From the human T2T-CHM13v2.0 reference genome, Homo sapiens: a DNA stretch of 64,000 nt. Positions 16,800-38,419 of this stretch are shown here, one piece after another (positions within the stretch are counted from its first letter, which is position 1; each line of letters begins with the position of its first letter). The notes below the pieces were generated by a model, which made no database searches, had not been told where the DNA came from, and was given only the letters and a program-made list of their open reading frames with translations. Location: assembly GCF_009914755.1 (NCBI RefSeq), contig NC_060941.1; one strand, 5' to 3'. The translations under genes were made by a program, and so were the position numbers.

Positions 16800-17300
16800 T
16801 ACAACAGCTTACAGGGCTCCTGATCTCACCTTCTACCACTCATTCTATACCTGGATCAGCATGCATGCTCCTGCCACCCCGGGCTTACTGATGAAAATCC
16901 AACAAACCGGGCTCAGTCCCATCTTAGGGCCTTTGCAAGTGTTCTCTACACCTTGAATGCTCTTCCTCAAGATCTTCACAGGTCTTGCTCACACACTTCA
17001 TACAGATCTCATTCAAACTGTCACCTCCTCAGAGAGGCTTTCCCTGACCACCCTATTAATATAGACATCTCTCTCCCATAACCATCACTTTCAATCTCCT
17101 TAGGCTCTTTCCTTTTTATATCTCTTTATAGCACTTGTTAACTAGCCTTCGGTCATTATTTACTTATCTGTCTTCCCTAGTAGGATAAAACTCCCTGAAA
17201 ACTGTAATATCTTATTGGCTGCTGTACTCCTTGTAACTAAAATCATGCCTGGAACACACTGAGTACTTGATACATATTAATTTTTAAATTGATGAATAAC
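16800..17300. mobile_element. L2 fragment
   Basis: tcttagggcctttgca...tgtcacctcctcagagaggctttccctgaccacccta...catgcctggaacac are L2 3' motifs. Confidence 0.7.
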
Positions 17301-17506
17301 ATTTGTGAGTGACGAGGAATATTCATCATTGCAACTTACATAATTTCTTAAACCAGCTGCTTACAATTAAATCTAGCATGTTGAGGCTACTCCTAGAACA
17401 GGGGTTCTTAATTTGGGGCTTTAGGGAATCATTAATACCCATGTTTCTGGAAGGAAAATCTACAGCTTTTCTTTAAATGGTCCCTAATCTGAAAAACATC
17501 CTAGAC

Positions 17507-17675
17507 CAGTGATTTATGACTCTGGCTACATCATGGAATCTCCTGGTGAATTTTAAACATACAGATGCTTGGATCCCATCCCAGAGGGTGTATTTTTTCT
17601 CATCTGTGGTACAACCACAGGACTTCTAAAAAATTACCCAGGTGATTCTAGTGTATAGCAAAAGTTGAGAACCAT
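17507..17675. mobile_element. MER5A-like hAT element
   Basis: gaatctcctggtgaattttaaa...cccaggtgattctagtgtatagcaaaagttgagaacca. Confidence 0.7.
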
Positions 17676-19905
17676 GCAATTTGAACACAACAAATGTTAA
17701 CTGGGTGAGAGTCCTCAAAGGTACTTACAGTGGGAAGAAAACAAAAATTGAAAACTATGAATTTTGAGGGAATTGGCATTGCTGGCAAACAGATCAATAC
17801 ACAAGTTCCTGAATAATTCTGTATCATAAAAACATTTTAAACAAAAACTAGTAGCTCTACCTCCACTTAAATACTAACCTGACATTGAGATTCTAGAGCT
17901 TACTCCCAGAACACAAATAACACCTTTCACTTAAAACAACGTATTTCAGACAAACATTCACTTCTTAATAACTTACTTATAAAAACCTAAAACTATCAAG
18001 AAAACAACAGAATACTTTTTGAAGACGAATCAGCTATATTACAACTATGAAGCTCTTTGTAGTTTTATTCCTAAAAATGCCTTTGAAGCAACACATTTCC
18101 ACCAATTAATGTCCTCATTTAGCCTCAACTGTTACACAGGATGACAGGCCCTGAATTTAGGTGAAACTAATACTGACAATAGACACAAAGGGGGGGGGGG
18201 GATTTCAGAGATTTATTTAGATCATGTCAAAAGGGTTTGAAAAGAGCAGGTGTCAGACTGACACAGGTGGTAAATTGTTTTCTTTTTGAAGTCAAACAAG
18301 CAAACATTGAGTAATAAGCGAATTCACTGATACCAACCGAGGGTTTCATAAGTTACTGGTTTTTATACCTTCATCCAAGTAGCCCTTTTAAAAAAGGGAT
18401 TAGCAAGATAGAGAGCAAAACAACAAAATGTTAAGTATTTGTAAAATAAATAAATCCAGATGCTTAAATCCACAGTGATAAATAATTTTAAATTATTCCT
18501 GGATACTTAGAATCACGATGAAACTCATTCCATCTATCCCTTTCTTTCTTTATTCTTGGCTGTATGGAGATACCTGCTGACACAGAAGCACCAGGTCATG
18601 AGCACATCTGACATAAAACATTACAAACTTAAAGCAGTATTTTTTAAAATCTAAAGGGCTTAGGGAAGACAGCCATGCTCCTAGCTATGAAGCCTCTGTG
18701 GCTTGACTTCCTGGTCATATCACAAGGATTTTTTTTTAAAGTATTATTCAGTTCCCTTGTTGAGTAAGTTAATTTACTAGGAAAGTGCAAACAAAGACAT
18801 ACATGCAGGTACGCAGCTCATCAACGCATTTTAGTTGTGGGGAAAGATCAGGCTTAGGAGACACGAATAATTATAAAACTATTAGAGCTGGAAGAGCCCT
18901 CTTTAAATTTCCCTTCTAGAAAGATGGGCACAAGGAAATCCTTAGCTTTCTATGTCGTTTTACTCGGTAAAATAGTACACTCTTATTAGTAACTTTATCT
19001 TTTATCAAAAGCCTGTGGAAATAAATGTTCTGGGATTAACTAGTAAATATATAAATAAAGCCACAGAAACATATTCCCAAAATGTGGGCTGGAAATGAAA
19101 ACAGAACAGCATGGGATACAAAACCCCACTGGCTGTTTACAAAATGTTTCGTGTACATGACTTTTATGTAATAGGAACAGAACACTAGTATAGGAAATGA
19201 AGACTACATGGAAGGGCTGGCTACTTGGAGGTGACGGAGTTAAAGATTTCATGAACCATCAAAAGACCAGGTCATTTATACACTAGATTATCAAACCAGA
19301 AAAAGTCTGAGTCCCCTCATTCCATTACATTTGAAGAAATGAGAAGCACCAAAAAAATAAAGTATCAATACAAAGAAGAGAGAGAAACTAAGACAATCTG
19401 ACCCTGAAGGAATCGCAATGTGGAGGGAAAACCCAGCCCTAGGAGTTAATTGTCTAAGTCAGGTAAGAAAAGAGTGAAAAAGTTGAACAGCACAACAGAC
19501 TATTTCATGAACACCAGATGCCTCGATATGTAAGGGCTTTAAATAAAGAGAAAACACTCTCCTCATGAGCTGCTGCTTCAGTGCCTAGTTCTTCACTCAA
19601 CTATACCCCCCTCTAAATCAGATGCAGCATTTTGAAATCGACCTCACTCCCTTAACCACACTTAATTTTTGGAGTAGAGGTTAATGAACACACCAGGATA
19701 AAACGATGTCTAGTTTGGCAGGAGTGGGAGTACAAAAGTAAGGGGAAAAAGACAAGAAAGAACAAAGCACTGGTTCGCACACCTCTCTCCACCCCAGTTA
19801 AGCTGTGGAAAGCTGACTGGCATATCCACATGCTTAAATTATACGTTACTGGCAATGAGGGAAGTGGGGAAATGCTAACATTCTGATTTGTCCCTTGACA
19901 AATGA

Positions 19906-20568
<663 letters not shown>

Positions 20569-20742
20569 TAATCTCTCAATTTTAGTTTCCTTACCATAAA
20601 ACAGACACAATGCTTACTATACAATTAAAATATGCTATAAAATAGTAAGTGAAATAACTATACTAAAAGGCATTCCTGGCATTCAGAAAAGTTGATGGTA
20701 GCATCCTTTCCCCCTCAAAGATAGGTACAGGAGGCCCTAATC

Positions 20743-21285
<543 letters not shown>

Positions 21286-21391
21286 CCTAAAAAACATTCA
21301 TTTTTGGAAAAACCACATAAACACAGAAGAGGAGCATAACACTCTAGTTCCTACAGTCTATTAAAAAAAAAAACTATTTAAAAGATATTAC

Positions 21392-22524
<1,133 letters not shown>

Positions 22525-23970
22525 TCAGTCACATAAATTACTCATTGAAGACAGGAACCAAGTTTTCAATTCTTCTTAAGTGTTTTCATCATTCCTGATC
22601 TAACCACCAGAGAAGTGTTTCCTTGCCCTTTGGTGGCAAGGTTAATCTTGGTGATAAATGATCCTGAAAGGCTAGTCTCCAAATAATTAGAACCTTGAAA
22701 ATGTTTATATTTTTCTCTGCTCGGAAAATTCTGGAACCCCTTTTCTAGGACTGCCACAAGGACACTTCTGACTATCCTCAATGATGACACATTTTAGTTT
22801 CCATTCAGATTACCAATTATGGTAACTCCCCTGATCACTGTTTAAGTACTACTTATTAAAGGAACAAACATTAAGCTATTGCTCTTGGAAGGCCAGCCTG
22901 CTAGGAAACACCCAAGAGCAATTCTGTACCTTATCCTTCCCTAAATTAGTCAGCCAATCTTACCATTCAAGGATGAAATTAAAGGCATTTATCTCATCTA
23001 GTAATACCATCAGTAAACCATGGAAGCTTAAATAATCTAACATTGCTTTGGACATTATGGAAATGACAACCTCAGCACCTAATAAAATGTAAAACCAAAT
23101 ATATACATATCATGTCAATGTCTTGAATGTACAATTACCTTGAAAATTTCAAAGTCACCTCACATTTCTCAACTCTTGGACCTGAGACCTGCTTACTATC
23201 AAGTTATCATTGAGAACAAATTAAGAATTCTCAATTGAGAGGTCACCTGTTGCACTAAGCAAACCGCCTGCAAATACTAAATTAGCTTTTCTACTTACAC
23301 TATCAAGTCAAATTACTTCTGGTAATGCTTGAGTGTATTTGCATGAGATCAATTTCATATACAGTTGGGCAGAAGCAAAATGAGTCTTAAGCAAGCTTCA
23401 TTCTGTTTTCATCTTACAAAGAAAAGACTGGCCTGTCCTCCCAGCCTTTTGAATAAGGATCTTGAAAAATTCACTACGCACAGGGTGTGCCCAAAGAATA
23501 CTTGCTGGAAAAATATGCTGGGAGAGTGCCAATTTAAAAAGAAAAACATTTTCGCCCAGTTGGAAATCTAGAGAAAGAATAGTTGTAGCAATTCAGCTAA
23601 AAACTCTCAAGACCTGAAGAAAATTTTAGAAAAACCCCAGATCTTTTTGTTATTGGAGTAAAATTCTATGAAAGGCAACTAAATGAATCAATGAAGTATT
23701 CAACTATGCTAATTTTATGCACCTAAAAAGCAGTAACTGAAATTCTGCCTTTGACATTTGACGGTGCAAAAAGCACTAAGTACCTTATTTGTTCTACATA
23801 AATGAACTTTATAATCTGCAATAGTTTTTAAATCAACTGTTTCTGGGAAATAATGAAAGCATTTTATTTTCCTTTTTAAAAAAGCAAGAATAACAAAACT
23901 TCTTTATTGTTTTGCTTTTTGGGAGGAGGGGTTGGGGGAATTGGGATAAATTTTTGTTTTCCATTAGAGA

Positions 23971-24488
<518 letters not shown>

Positions 24489-25916
24489 TGATTAAGCTAA
24501 AAAGATACCCATCTGTTACAGGCCTTTGTCTTCAGTCTCTCACTACAACACCCACCCCTTTCCAGGTCCACTCAGAACCTTACGCTCAGATTTTTTTTTC
24601 ACTGCAATAAGTGAACACAACAAAAAATTACAGTTACTACAGGGACACACTGGTCCCAGGTTGCCTCATGAGAAAAGCAGGTGAGTAGGCCTGCTGGAGC
24701 TTTGCACTAACTCTATGGACCCTGTGGAAACTGCATGCAATGCAGGCTACATGGAGGGTCACCGGGCTGCTCACTATACCTCAGCAAAGCAAAAGGCCTG
24801 CCTATGCCTATGACAACAGCCTTTCCCATCACAGCCTGGTCCCACCACAAAACAACAAGCAATATTCTTCCAAAAAGTACAGTCCTAATTTTAAAAGTGA
24901 GGAACTCGAGCCTAGGTAGACAAAATGTAACAATTCTTAACAGTTGTCCAGAATTCTTTCTACTCTCTTACTCCCCTTTTAGTACTAATACCACAAATGC
25001 TAAGAAAAATAACCTCTAGTTCATCCTTCAAGTTTTCTGGTACTTGCCAAATCAATAAAAATAACATGTGAAATGTTAATCACAAACCACCTACTCAGAC
25101 ACTGAAATGACACAAATACAGACTAAGTAGATGAAAACCAATCAGGATAGTCCTCAACTATTCTTTCAATATCCTTTCAAGTTCTATGGTAACTAGATTT
25201 ACCAGCAAGAGTTTTCTTGAGGAAAATACTAAACACAAAGCACATGCTTACAATTCACCTGTAAGCACAAGTTAAGAATAATGGAGAAAGAACATAAAAT
25301 ACCTTCATAACTCAAAAGAGCTCCTTTTCCAGCAACTGGGGAAATAGTTGTTTGGGGCTTTTCCACATAAGATATAAATCATCCCTTTCGAATGTCAAAA
25401 ATGTTTAATTTAGCCATTTGATGGGGAAAAACCTTTAATAGTTCACTTCTCTAGAGTGTTTATTACAGTAAAGGAAAACTATTTAAACTTCCCACCATCC
25501 CTCCTGGTCAATGCTGGTGTCCACCCACGTACTGTGTGGTCAGAGAGCTGTCTAAAGGAGTTACAGCAAACAGCAAAGCTATGTGCCTTCAGGTTGCTCC
25601 ATTTCTCAAAATAGAATCTTTTTTCTGCCCTCTCTCTATCAGTTCCAGGAGTTATCTTCTATTCAGAAGATAGAACATGTATGACCACAAGCAAATTATT
25701 TAACATATCTATAGTCTTGGGTCTCAACTGTAAAACAGGGTATCATCATCATATGGAAGATTTAAAGACAACAAACCTAAACCACCTAACATACAGAAAG
25801 GTGTGATCAATAAATACTAATTCCTTTCTTTTCTTCCTTTTTTAAAAAAAATAACTTCAACCACTTCCTAGATGTTAGTCTGCCCTAGCAAAATGTCCCT
25901 CCTCTACCCATCCAAC

Positions 25917-26197
25917 TTTTTTTAAGACAAGGTCTCACTCTGCTGCTCACGCTGGAGTGCGGTGGTGCAATCTCGACTCACTGCAACCTCTACCTCCCAG
26001 GCTCAAAGCAATCCTCCTACCTCAGCCTCCCGTGTAAGCTGGGACTATAGGCGCATGCCACCACGCCTGGCTACTTTTTTTTGTAGAGAAGGGGTTTCGC
26101 CATGTTACCCAGGCTGCTCTAGAACTCCTGGGCTCAAGAGATCTGCCCGCCTTGGCCTCCCCAAGTGCTGGAATTACAGGAGAGAGGCATCACGCCC
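25917..26197 (-). mobile_element. AluJ
   Basis: TSD acccatccaactt on both sides. Confidence 0.88.
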
Positions 26198-26741
26198 ATA
26201 TAACCCATCCAACTTCTACTCCACAAAAGAAAATGAGTAATTTTCTTTTACTCATATTGTAGGCTTAAGGATGTATCTGGTTAAGATACATATGGCCATT
26301 ATACCTTTCCTCAAAAAATACGTATTACCAAATTAATGTATAATAGTCTTCTGAATATAAACATAAACGCCATTATTTTACATGATGGTTGGTAGACCTC
26401 TTTTCATCAACCAAATCTAATGAACAATTTGATTCTGTTTACACTAAAAAAGCTAGTGCTTATGCCCAGGAGATAGGTAAAGAGCCTAGATTATTATCTT
26501 GATCTCTTATTAGCTGTTTGACATTAAGTTACTTAAACTTTCCATTCTGCAGTTTGAGTCTGTAAAATTAAAATTATCTATCTCATTGTACTGTTGGAGG
26601 ATTACATAAATTAATTTGTAAAAAGCTCTTTATAACTAAAGAGCTAAAAACAATTCAACAAATGTGGGCTATTATTTCTCTACCAGAATGTCTCAACTCT
26701 GTTGTCTGCTTAGGCAAAGTTGGTTAAAAACGTTGTTCCCA

Positions 26742-27213
<472 letters not shown>

Positions 27214-28069
27214 TTAAAGGGAGAGCAAGGAAATGGCACTACATATACAAGGGTATTCAATTCCCTGGCACATGCCCTCTATTCTTTTAGGCCTAAGTAA
27301 AACAACTTATAAGAACATGATTTTAAATGAACTATGACACCTCTCTCTAGTTGCCATTCCCCAATCTCCCCATTTCCCCCGCCCCCAAAACAATTTTCTC
27401 TACAATTCCTCTTACCTGAGTTCTGAATATAATCTACATGATTACTACAATGCTACTAAATAGGCTGCTAGAGCAAACCACAACATTCACAATTTAATAG
27501 CAAATTTTCAGTATATTCTGCTTGCAGAGCAGACCCTACAACTTTCATCAGGCTTAAAATAATTTCAAAGCAATTTTGTCTACCATGGTACAAGAAACCT
27601 TTCTTCACACTTATAGAAATATAAAATCAAACAGGACACAGTTGCCACAAAGCCTTAACTAATGAGAATCAAAACTGGTAAGATTTATTCTTATGTTTAC
27701 TATATACTAAACCCCCTTGGTTTCAAATCTATATAAACTCAATGTTTTCTTTACATTGGATATGTAAGCATAATTTTCCCAGATGCACAATAGAAAATTG
27801 GAGAAAGATAATTCACTGGTAAACATGAAAGGGCATGACCTTAGGCATGAATTTCTACCCAGCTTGCAAAATAATCTAGTCCACTTTGGTCCATGTTTAG
27901 GGAGGTGGGGAAATGAATTAAAGTACCATCCATTTATAACAGAATGTGGACCCATGCTTTCCCTTTTCTAGTTAAAACTATTTGTTTTATCACACTGACA
28001 GAGCCTAATCGGGGGCTCTACAAAGGACACTCCAGGTATACCCAACAAAGGAAAATATTTAAATAAAAA

Positions 28070-28875
28070 TTAATGAATGCCTACCTCATCTGCTCCTTCT
28101 CCATCTTGACATATCCATCCAATGTAGTTACCCCTGCCAAACAAAAATCTGGGAATCACCCATGGCACCTCTTCCCTTTTGCTCACCACATGCAATCAGC
28201 CACAAGCCCTCATCACCCCTACTTCCAATAACCAATTCTCTTAAATCTTTCCTGCCAAAGGCTGAGTCCACCATTCAGCTAACTGGTTAGCCTAAATTCA
28301 CCTCTATTCCCCTTCTCCACACAAGCGGGGTCTGAAAAATACAAATCATGTAAGCCATGTCAATGGCTTCACAATAAAAATTTTAACTTTATATAATCAA
28401 CAAGGCCATCTGTATGATCTGGCAACTAGCTACCTCTCTGGTCTCATTTCTCACTACTTGTAAAATACACTATACTTTGCTCTGTTCTTTGAGAGTCAAG
28501 CACCTTCCATTTCCAGGACCTTAGCATGTCTTGTTTCCTCAATGAGCAGCAAAGCCCCTTCTCACCCACCAATTCCTTCTTATCCTTCAGGTCTCAGCTT
28601 ACATGTCACTTCCTTCAGAAGACTCACCATCACATCCCCATCACATGCTGCCTAGATATATCCAATATGCACCCTCAGATCACTCTGAACTTTGTTCCTG
28701 TAGCACCCACAACAATCATAAATATATCATCTATGTAATTACCTGCTTAAATATTAATCTCTCTCTAATCTATATTCCCCATGAGGGCAAGACAAGGATT
28801 GTATCTTTCTTAACCACTGGATCCCTAGCATCCCAGCATGTAGCAGGCATTCAATGTAGAGTTAATGAATGAATT
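28070..28875. mobile_element. L2 fragment
   Basis: tccttcaggtctcagcttacatgtcacttcc...catgagggcaagac...gtagcaggcattcaatg...aatgaatgaat L2 3' end. Confidence 0.75.
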
Positions 28876-30473
28876 AATCAAATCCAAACTCCTCCAATGA
28901 AGGTTTTCAGGTCTCTACAGAGCAACTCCTCCCCCATTTATAGAAGATTATTTGGAAGCTTATTTCCTCACTGTTTTTTATTTTTTCAGACACAGGGTCT
29001 CACTTTGTCGCCCATGCTGGAGTTTAGTGGCACAATCATAGCTTACCCAAGCCTTGAACTCCTAGGCTCAACCCATCTTCCTGTCTCAACTTCCTGAGAG
29101 CTGGGATTACAGGCTCAAGCTACTGCACCCAGCCATTTCCTCATTTTTAACACTTGCTGGAACTTGTAAGGAATACAGAAACCTTCATTTTTAAGACTCT
29201 AGTAAAGAACCTGGACTCTCATGAGCTCTTAAGATTATTTTGCAAACTGAGTACTGAAATGCTTCTGGTAACCATCTATTGCTGTAGTCAGCCAGGCTTA
29301 AAACTTCAATCACCTATGATGATCCCTCCCGTCATTGCCCCCACACATCACAGTTATTAAGTCCCATTCAATTTACCTCTACATCATTTCTGGAATTATC
29401 TCTTTTTCTTCTCACATTACATTTACCATCTGTACCTATAATACTATGTCTTCAACATATCCCATTCCCATGGTGCCACCAAAGCCCTATACCTTTCAAC
29501 TTGTCTTCTCTGTGTGCCCTGTGCTTTCTGCCTATACTGACCTCTCAGTAGGTCACAATCAAAAGAAAACTGTCTATCAAAATCTTTGCCAACCTTCAAG
29601 GTTCATTTCTAACATCACTAAGTGCCAGGCACTGTTCTAAACATTCATCTTTGTCTTACTAAGTTCTTCACTCCCTTCACTCTTTAAACTTCTTGAGGAT
29701 ACAAACTTAGCTTATTCATCTGTTATCTCTTGTGTCTTACACATTTACTTACTCCATAAGTACTTATTATATGACTTTAACACTACCATAAAAGAGTACG
29801 TTCACTTCAGAGAACAAAAACAACAATCACAAGGTGGCAGAAAACACTATAGCAACTATATCTACGGTAAATGGGTAACACCCAAATTCCTGATGCCTAA
29901 GTTCCTTTCTTCAGAATCCCACAACAAGCACTAAGAATGATTTTCACTACCTACGTTTCTTCTCAGGAAAAAAATGAGAAGAGAATAGAAGAAAAAAACA
30001 CAAGTTCCTACTTCTGCCACTTGACGTCATGTGCAGATTAGGAGAAAAGCCAAGGGGCATTAAATCAAAGGTGTTCAACAAATGAAAGTTTACTCAGCTC
30101 TGAAGTAAATTCTGTAAGAATACAATGAAATTATTCCCACATTTCTATCCCATACATCAAGAAATAAGATAATCACTTTAATGGACTATGAAAAGTAAAT
30201 CAACCAAAGAAATGAATGAAGGCATTAGAAGAACCAAAGCTTTAAGTCACAAGTCAAGAAACCTGTTTTGTTTCAACTTATACCAGTGCTTTGCTGGGTT
30301 CTTTGCCTCAGCTTCCCCCAATGCAAAAAAATGGTGATGAGAATAGTTTCATTCATGTTATTTAAAGATAAACAGTCACATTTCAAAGTAGTTTGAGACC
30401 TAAAGGTCACGTAGGGTCAGCTCCCTCACTTTAATTAGAAAAATGGTTACATTAGTCCTATAGCTAGTTTTTA

Positions 30474-32180
<1,707 letters not shown>

Positions 32181-33948
32181 TCAAATAAGCGCTTTAGTGT
32201 CACTGAACTGCATCCATAGTCTATTTTTACCCAACCCTGATCTGAAACAGACTTCAGGAGACTATTAGACAAAACACAGGTTAGCATAAATTCAACCAGA
32301 AATAAAAACATGAAAATAGGGAAACAAAATGAAGCTATTAAAAAGGTACAAGCTTAGCTCTAAATTTCCAGATGTCAATAGGAAAAAAGAAACCTAGTGA
32401 ACAATTACAGCACCCAGGTAATAAAAACAGACTAAAAGCTTAGACAAACATACAATTATTCTTGGCTGCACATCTTTCTCCCTGAGGTCTTTATAAAGAA
32501 GGCATTGCAGAATACAGAGAATATCCTCAACAATATTTCAGTAATCACAATGAAATGTTTTATGAGGTTATTTTTATACTGAACTTCAAGATAAGCCTAG
32601 AGTAACGGTTGGGAGAAAAAAAAGAAAAAAAAAATTTCGGGGACAGAGAGAAAAAAAGAAAGGAAAAAAAAAAAAACTTAGGAGAGAGAGACCTACATAA
32701 TGTGGTCCAGGTACCCAGAACACTGCTGATTTAAGAGCACAATTAAGAGAATTTCTGGAAAAAAAATATTATTTTAACAAGTAGTTACTATATAGAAGTT
32801 TATAAGCACAGGACCCAGAAAATGAAAAGCAAATTTAGCAAAATGTGGAATGGGTCCAGGAATTAAACAAAATTGCAGGGAAAAAAAAACAACTCTAAGA
32901 GGGAAAAACAAAGAATATAAAAGAAAGAAGAGCAAGCACAACTCAGCAAGTACATTACATACATATGATAATTAAATGCTTTTATTTCTACATCTACAAT
33001 TAAGAATTAAACATTAAGATATTTACGGAAGCATGCAGCTTCCTTCTTAATCCCATAATCAAGGAGATAAAATTTAAATTCCTGTACCTTCCACAGTGAT
33101 GAAATATCATTGTTTAGTGACATCATATCAAACACAACGTACTGCAGAATTTTCAAAGCAGTTATATTTCCACTGTACCAAGAAAGGAAGATATGTGAAA
33201 TATTTCATGAAAATTTTCCAAGAAGAGTTTAAAACAAAAAGGGTAAGAGTTTTTAAACCAGACATAAAATCAGTCAACCATAAAAATTAATTTAAAAAAC
33301 TCTCTCTAAAGTCTCATTTAGCAATATAGTTTACTGTCAAGCATAATACAATGATAAACATACAATTTGCTAAACATTCAACAACATAGAAAAATTAATC
33401 ATTCTATAGCTAGCATGTACCAACGACACAGAATGGATCACTGTTTCTCCTCTGGGAGGTGGGAAAGAAAAAAACAATTGAATTCTTAGTGAAGAAAGGG
33501 ATTATAATTTCCACAGAACTATCCACTTGTAATTTAAGCAACATCATTTAAAAACAGCTCATTCCAACAGTCTCCTCTACTAAATATTTTCATCAGGGCT
33601 GCCTAGACGAAACCTAGCCCACCACTCTATCTTGGGCAAAAGAGTAAAATACAGACCAGCTACTGGAAGGGTGGGGGGAGCCAAAATTCACCAGCTGGGT
33701 CAAGTTCCTGAAGAATTAACTAACTACATTCTAGGATTCATTTCTCAGCATCAAAGAACAACTTTTTCTTCTTCTTTTTAAATTAAAGCAATGCCTCCAT
33801 TCTCATTGTCTGGTCAACTGCTGAAAACCTTTAAAACACTCAGAAGATCAACAAACACTTGGCTAAATAAATACCAGCCTTAAGAGTCAACCCGGTGATC
33901 TTGCTCAACAAGAACTTTAAAGTATTTATGCTTTACTGGTGGTTTTAG

Positions 33949-34259
<311 letters not shown>

Positions 34260-35506
34260 TAAATACAATTACAATGTGCAAAAAGAGCATGTACTTCAGA
34301 GTACTTTCAGTACCCAAATATGATCTAACGCATGAAAATTCAACTTTTTAAAGTATCAGTTGATTTAATTGCAAGAGGATTCAACTGATCCCAAAATGTT
34401 TCCTAAAAGCCATCCTTTGGCTGTTCTTATACACTTCACACCCTTCCAAACCATAAACCATTATGTGAGAAGAATGCTCAGAACTAAGTAGTGAATGAAT
34501 GGCCTTAAGGTTTTTCCAAGTCATTAAACTATCCTACAGAATAAGAAAAATTCTCAGGTACTTTTATTTCATTGGTTTGTAACGCTTACCTACAACAGTA
34601 CCAAAACTCAGAAATGTTTTCAATGCAACGTATCCTGAAAACAATACGCTTATAGTGTCTAGGTGCTTTTCTGTTACTCAAAATAAGTGCATGCAATTTA
34701 AAATCCTTTAACTACAGTGTTTATTATACCTCTAAGCACAAAATATTTAACGTTAACCAAGATATTTTTAAAGCGGTGATTTAAACAGCAAAGTTAGTGG
34801 GGATAATGCCATGAATATTAGCAAGCTGAATTAAGCTACTAATCCATTTAAAGAAAGATGGGTTACGGAAGAAGCAAGCCTCTGAAGCATTTGCTTTAAA
34901 TCTAAATACAGAAGTGGACTTGAGCACAGTGAACTAACAAATGATAATAGAACTAGGTCTACAAGGAAGAAATTCAGCAAAAATTATCCATTTCTTCCTT
35001 CAAAATAGAAAAAAAAAGTTTCATTTCAGATACAATATCCATGCAGATAATATAAACAAAATTGGGAAACCAGAAAATTTACTTTTAAAAATCATAGCTG
35101 TCTCAACAACCAAACACTCCAGTGAAAATCTTCATCACCTTTTAATACAGTCAAGGAAACACCAATTCTTCCCACATATTCATCTTTTTCAGCCTTCTCT
35201 AGTAAGCCAGCCTCTAGCAAAGAGAAAATGAAAGATCTGCTAGTCAATTATCCTGCCCATCTTTTCCAACTCCTCATGCTCTCTCTCAAATCTGATATTC
35301 CTAAGGAGATAAATGCACTTATTTAACATGTATCTTTAAGTATGTTATAATATAGTACTGCTTTATTTAATTAAGTACATAGATGCTGAATTGGGAGTGA
35401 CAGGAATGAAACGTCTCTGTCTCCACCATGCCAATTTGGAGTGCCACCCATAAAAAGCTTATGTAAAATTTTCTCAAACCAACAGATTTAGAAAAACCAG
35501 TAAGAT

Positions 35507-35790
35507 GAGGTGGGCGGATCACGAGGTCAGGAGTTTGAGGCCAGCCTGGTCGACACGGTGAAACTCAGTCTCTACTTAAGAAAAGAAAAAAGAAAAAAAT
35601 TAGCCTGACTTGGTGGCGGGTGCCTGTAATCCCAGCTACTTAGGGAGGCTGAGGCCCGAGAATCACCTGAACCCAGGAGCCAGAGGCTTCAGTGAGCTGA
35701 GATCGCACTACTGCACTCCTGCACTCCAGCCTGGGCGACAGAGCGGAACTGTCTCAAAACAAAACAAAACAAAAAACAACAAAAAAAACA
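35507..35790 (+). mobile_element. 5'-truncated AluS, nearest Alu to the exon 2 donor
   Basis: TSD-like ccagtaaga on both sides, (CAAAA)n tail. Confidence 0.88.
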
Positions 35791-36461
35791 ACCCAGTAAG
35801 AATTTATTCCAAATACATCAATACATTTAACTCAGCTTAACAAATCTGCTTAAAATGGGCTTTTTTTTTTTTTTAATAGGAAGAGAGTCAGGTTGTGAAA
35901 CTAGACTGTGCTTGGAGGCGATGTATTAAATATTCTGAAGCATTTTCTAATTGTCAGTCCTTAAAATGTAAGAAAATCTCAAGTGTTAAAATTGAAGACT
36001 GGGTGTGCTCTCTGCTGAAAGTTCAATCAAAAGCAACTGTAATTTCCTACAAAGGTAACTAGGTCAACTCAGCATTTGTCCCTGCTTACTGGAAACAACA
36101 AAATCTCAACAATCAGGCCATTAACTTATCATGTCCTATATATAGTTTCAAAAGAAATCTAAATTCACTCTTAAAGAGGTACTAGTACAATTTTACACAT
36201 AAGATGTCTCCTAGTTATTTTTCTTAGACTTCAAAAGGAAATTACCACCATTTAGACTACAACAATACAACCCTACAGCAAAAGTATCTTCCCCTTCTTC
36301 ACTAGCATGTATATGCACTCATCTACCCAACATCAGGGAAAAAACAAACAGAACCTAGACACCTATGTACAAAGAATCACATTCTCTCCATAATGGCGAT
36401 TCATTCATTCTTCCTTGTGCCAACATTTCTCAAGAATGCTATCATGCATGAGGTCTACTCA

Positions 36462-37840
<1,379 letters not shown>

Positions 37841-38419
37841 CTAGAAGAGAAAGGAGAAAAGAATATTAGAAATACAAGCACTTTTAAAAACATGTATATT
37901 TTTAACAAAAGCACTACTTGAGGCTGTTGTCTAAACTGCCTCCAGAAAGAAAACACTCTGGAGCTAACTGTACCACAGTTATTCTAGAGACCCAAATATC
38001 TTTCATCTGGGAGAAAGGGGGAGGCAAAATCCCTGCACAAGGGAAGGAAGAATTGCACCCTTCTTGTCATTTGTTACCACAGATTGAAAGGTGCCAAAAC
38101 ACAAGTTCGATTCAGAGAAAATCACAGATTGTTAAAATTAAATCATCTCCATTAAAAAAAAATCTCTTTAAGCTTGTTGAAATAAATGGATTTAAAGCAA
38201 GACACATCAAACTAAGCAATAATTAAACAGAAAAAAATTAGTAAGGAATTCCCGTGTTCACTAAAAAAAGTATGCCAAATATCACAGGTCTGTGCATTTT
38301 TCTGGCCAGGGAATCCAGTTTTCATCAGCTTCTCACTTCTCTAGAAGTATAGATTATACTACAAAGCTAACTGTACCACATCTGTAATACCAACTTGTTT
38401 CATCAGTTTTCTTTTCTTT

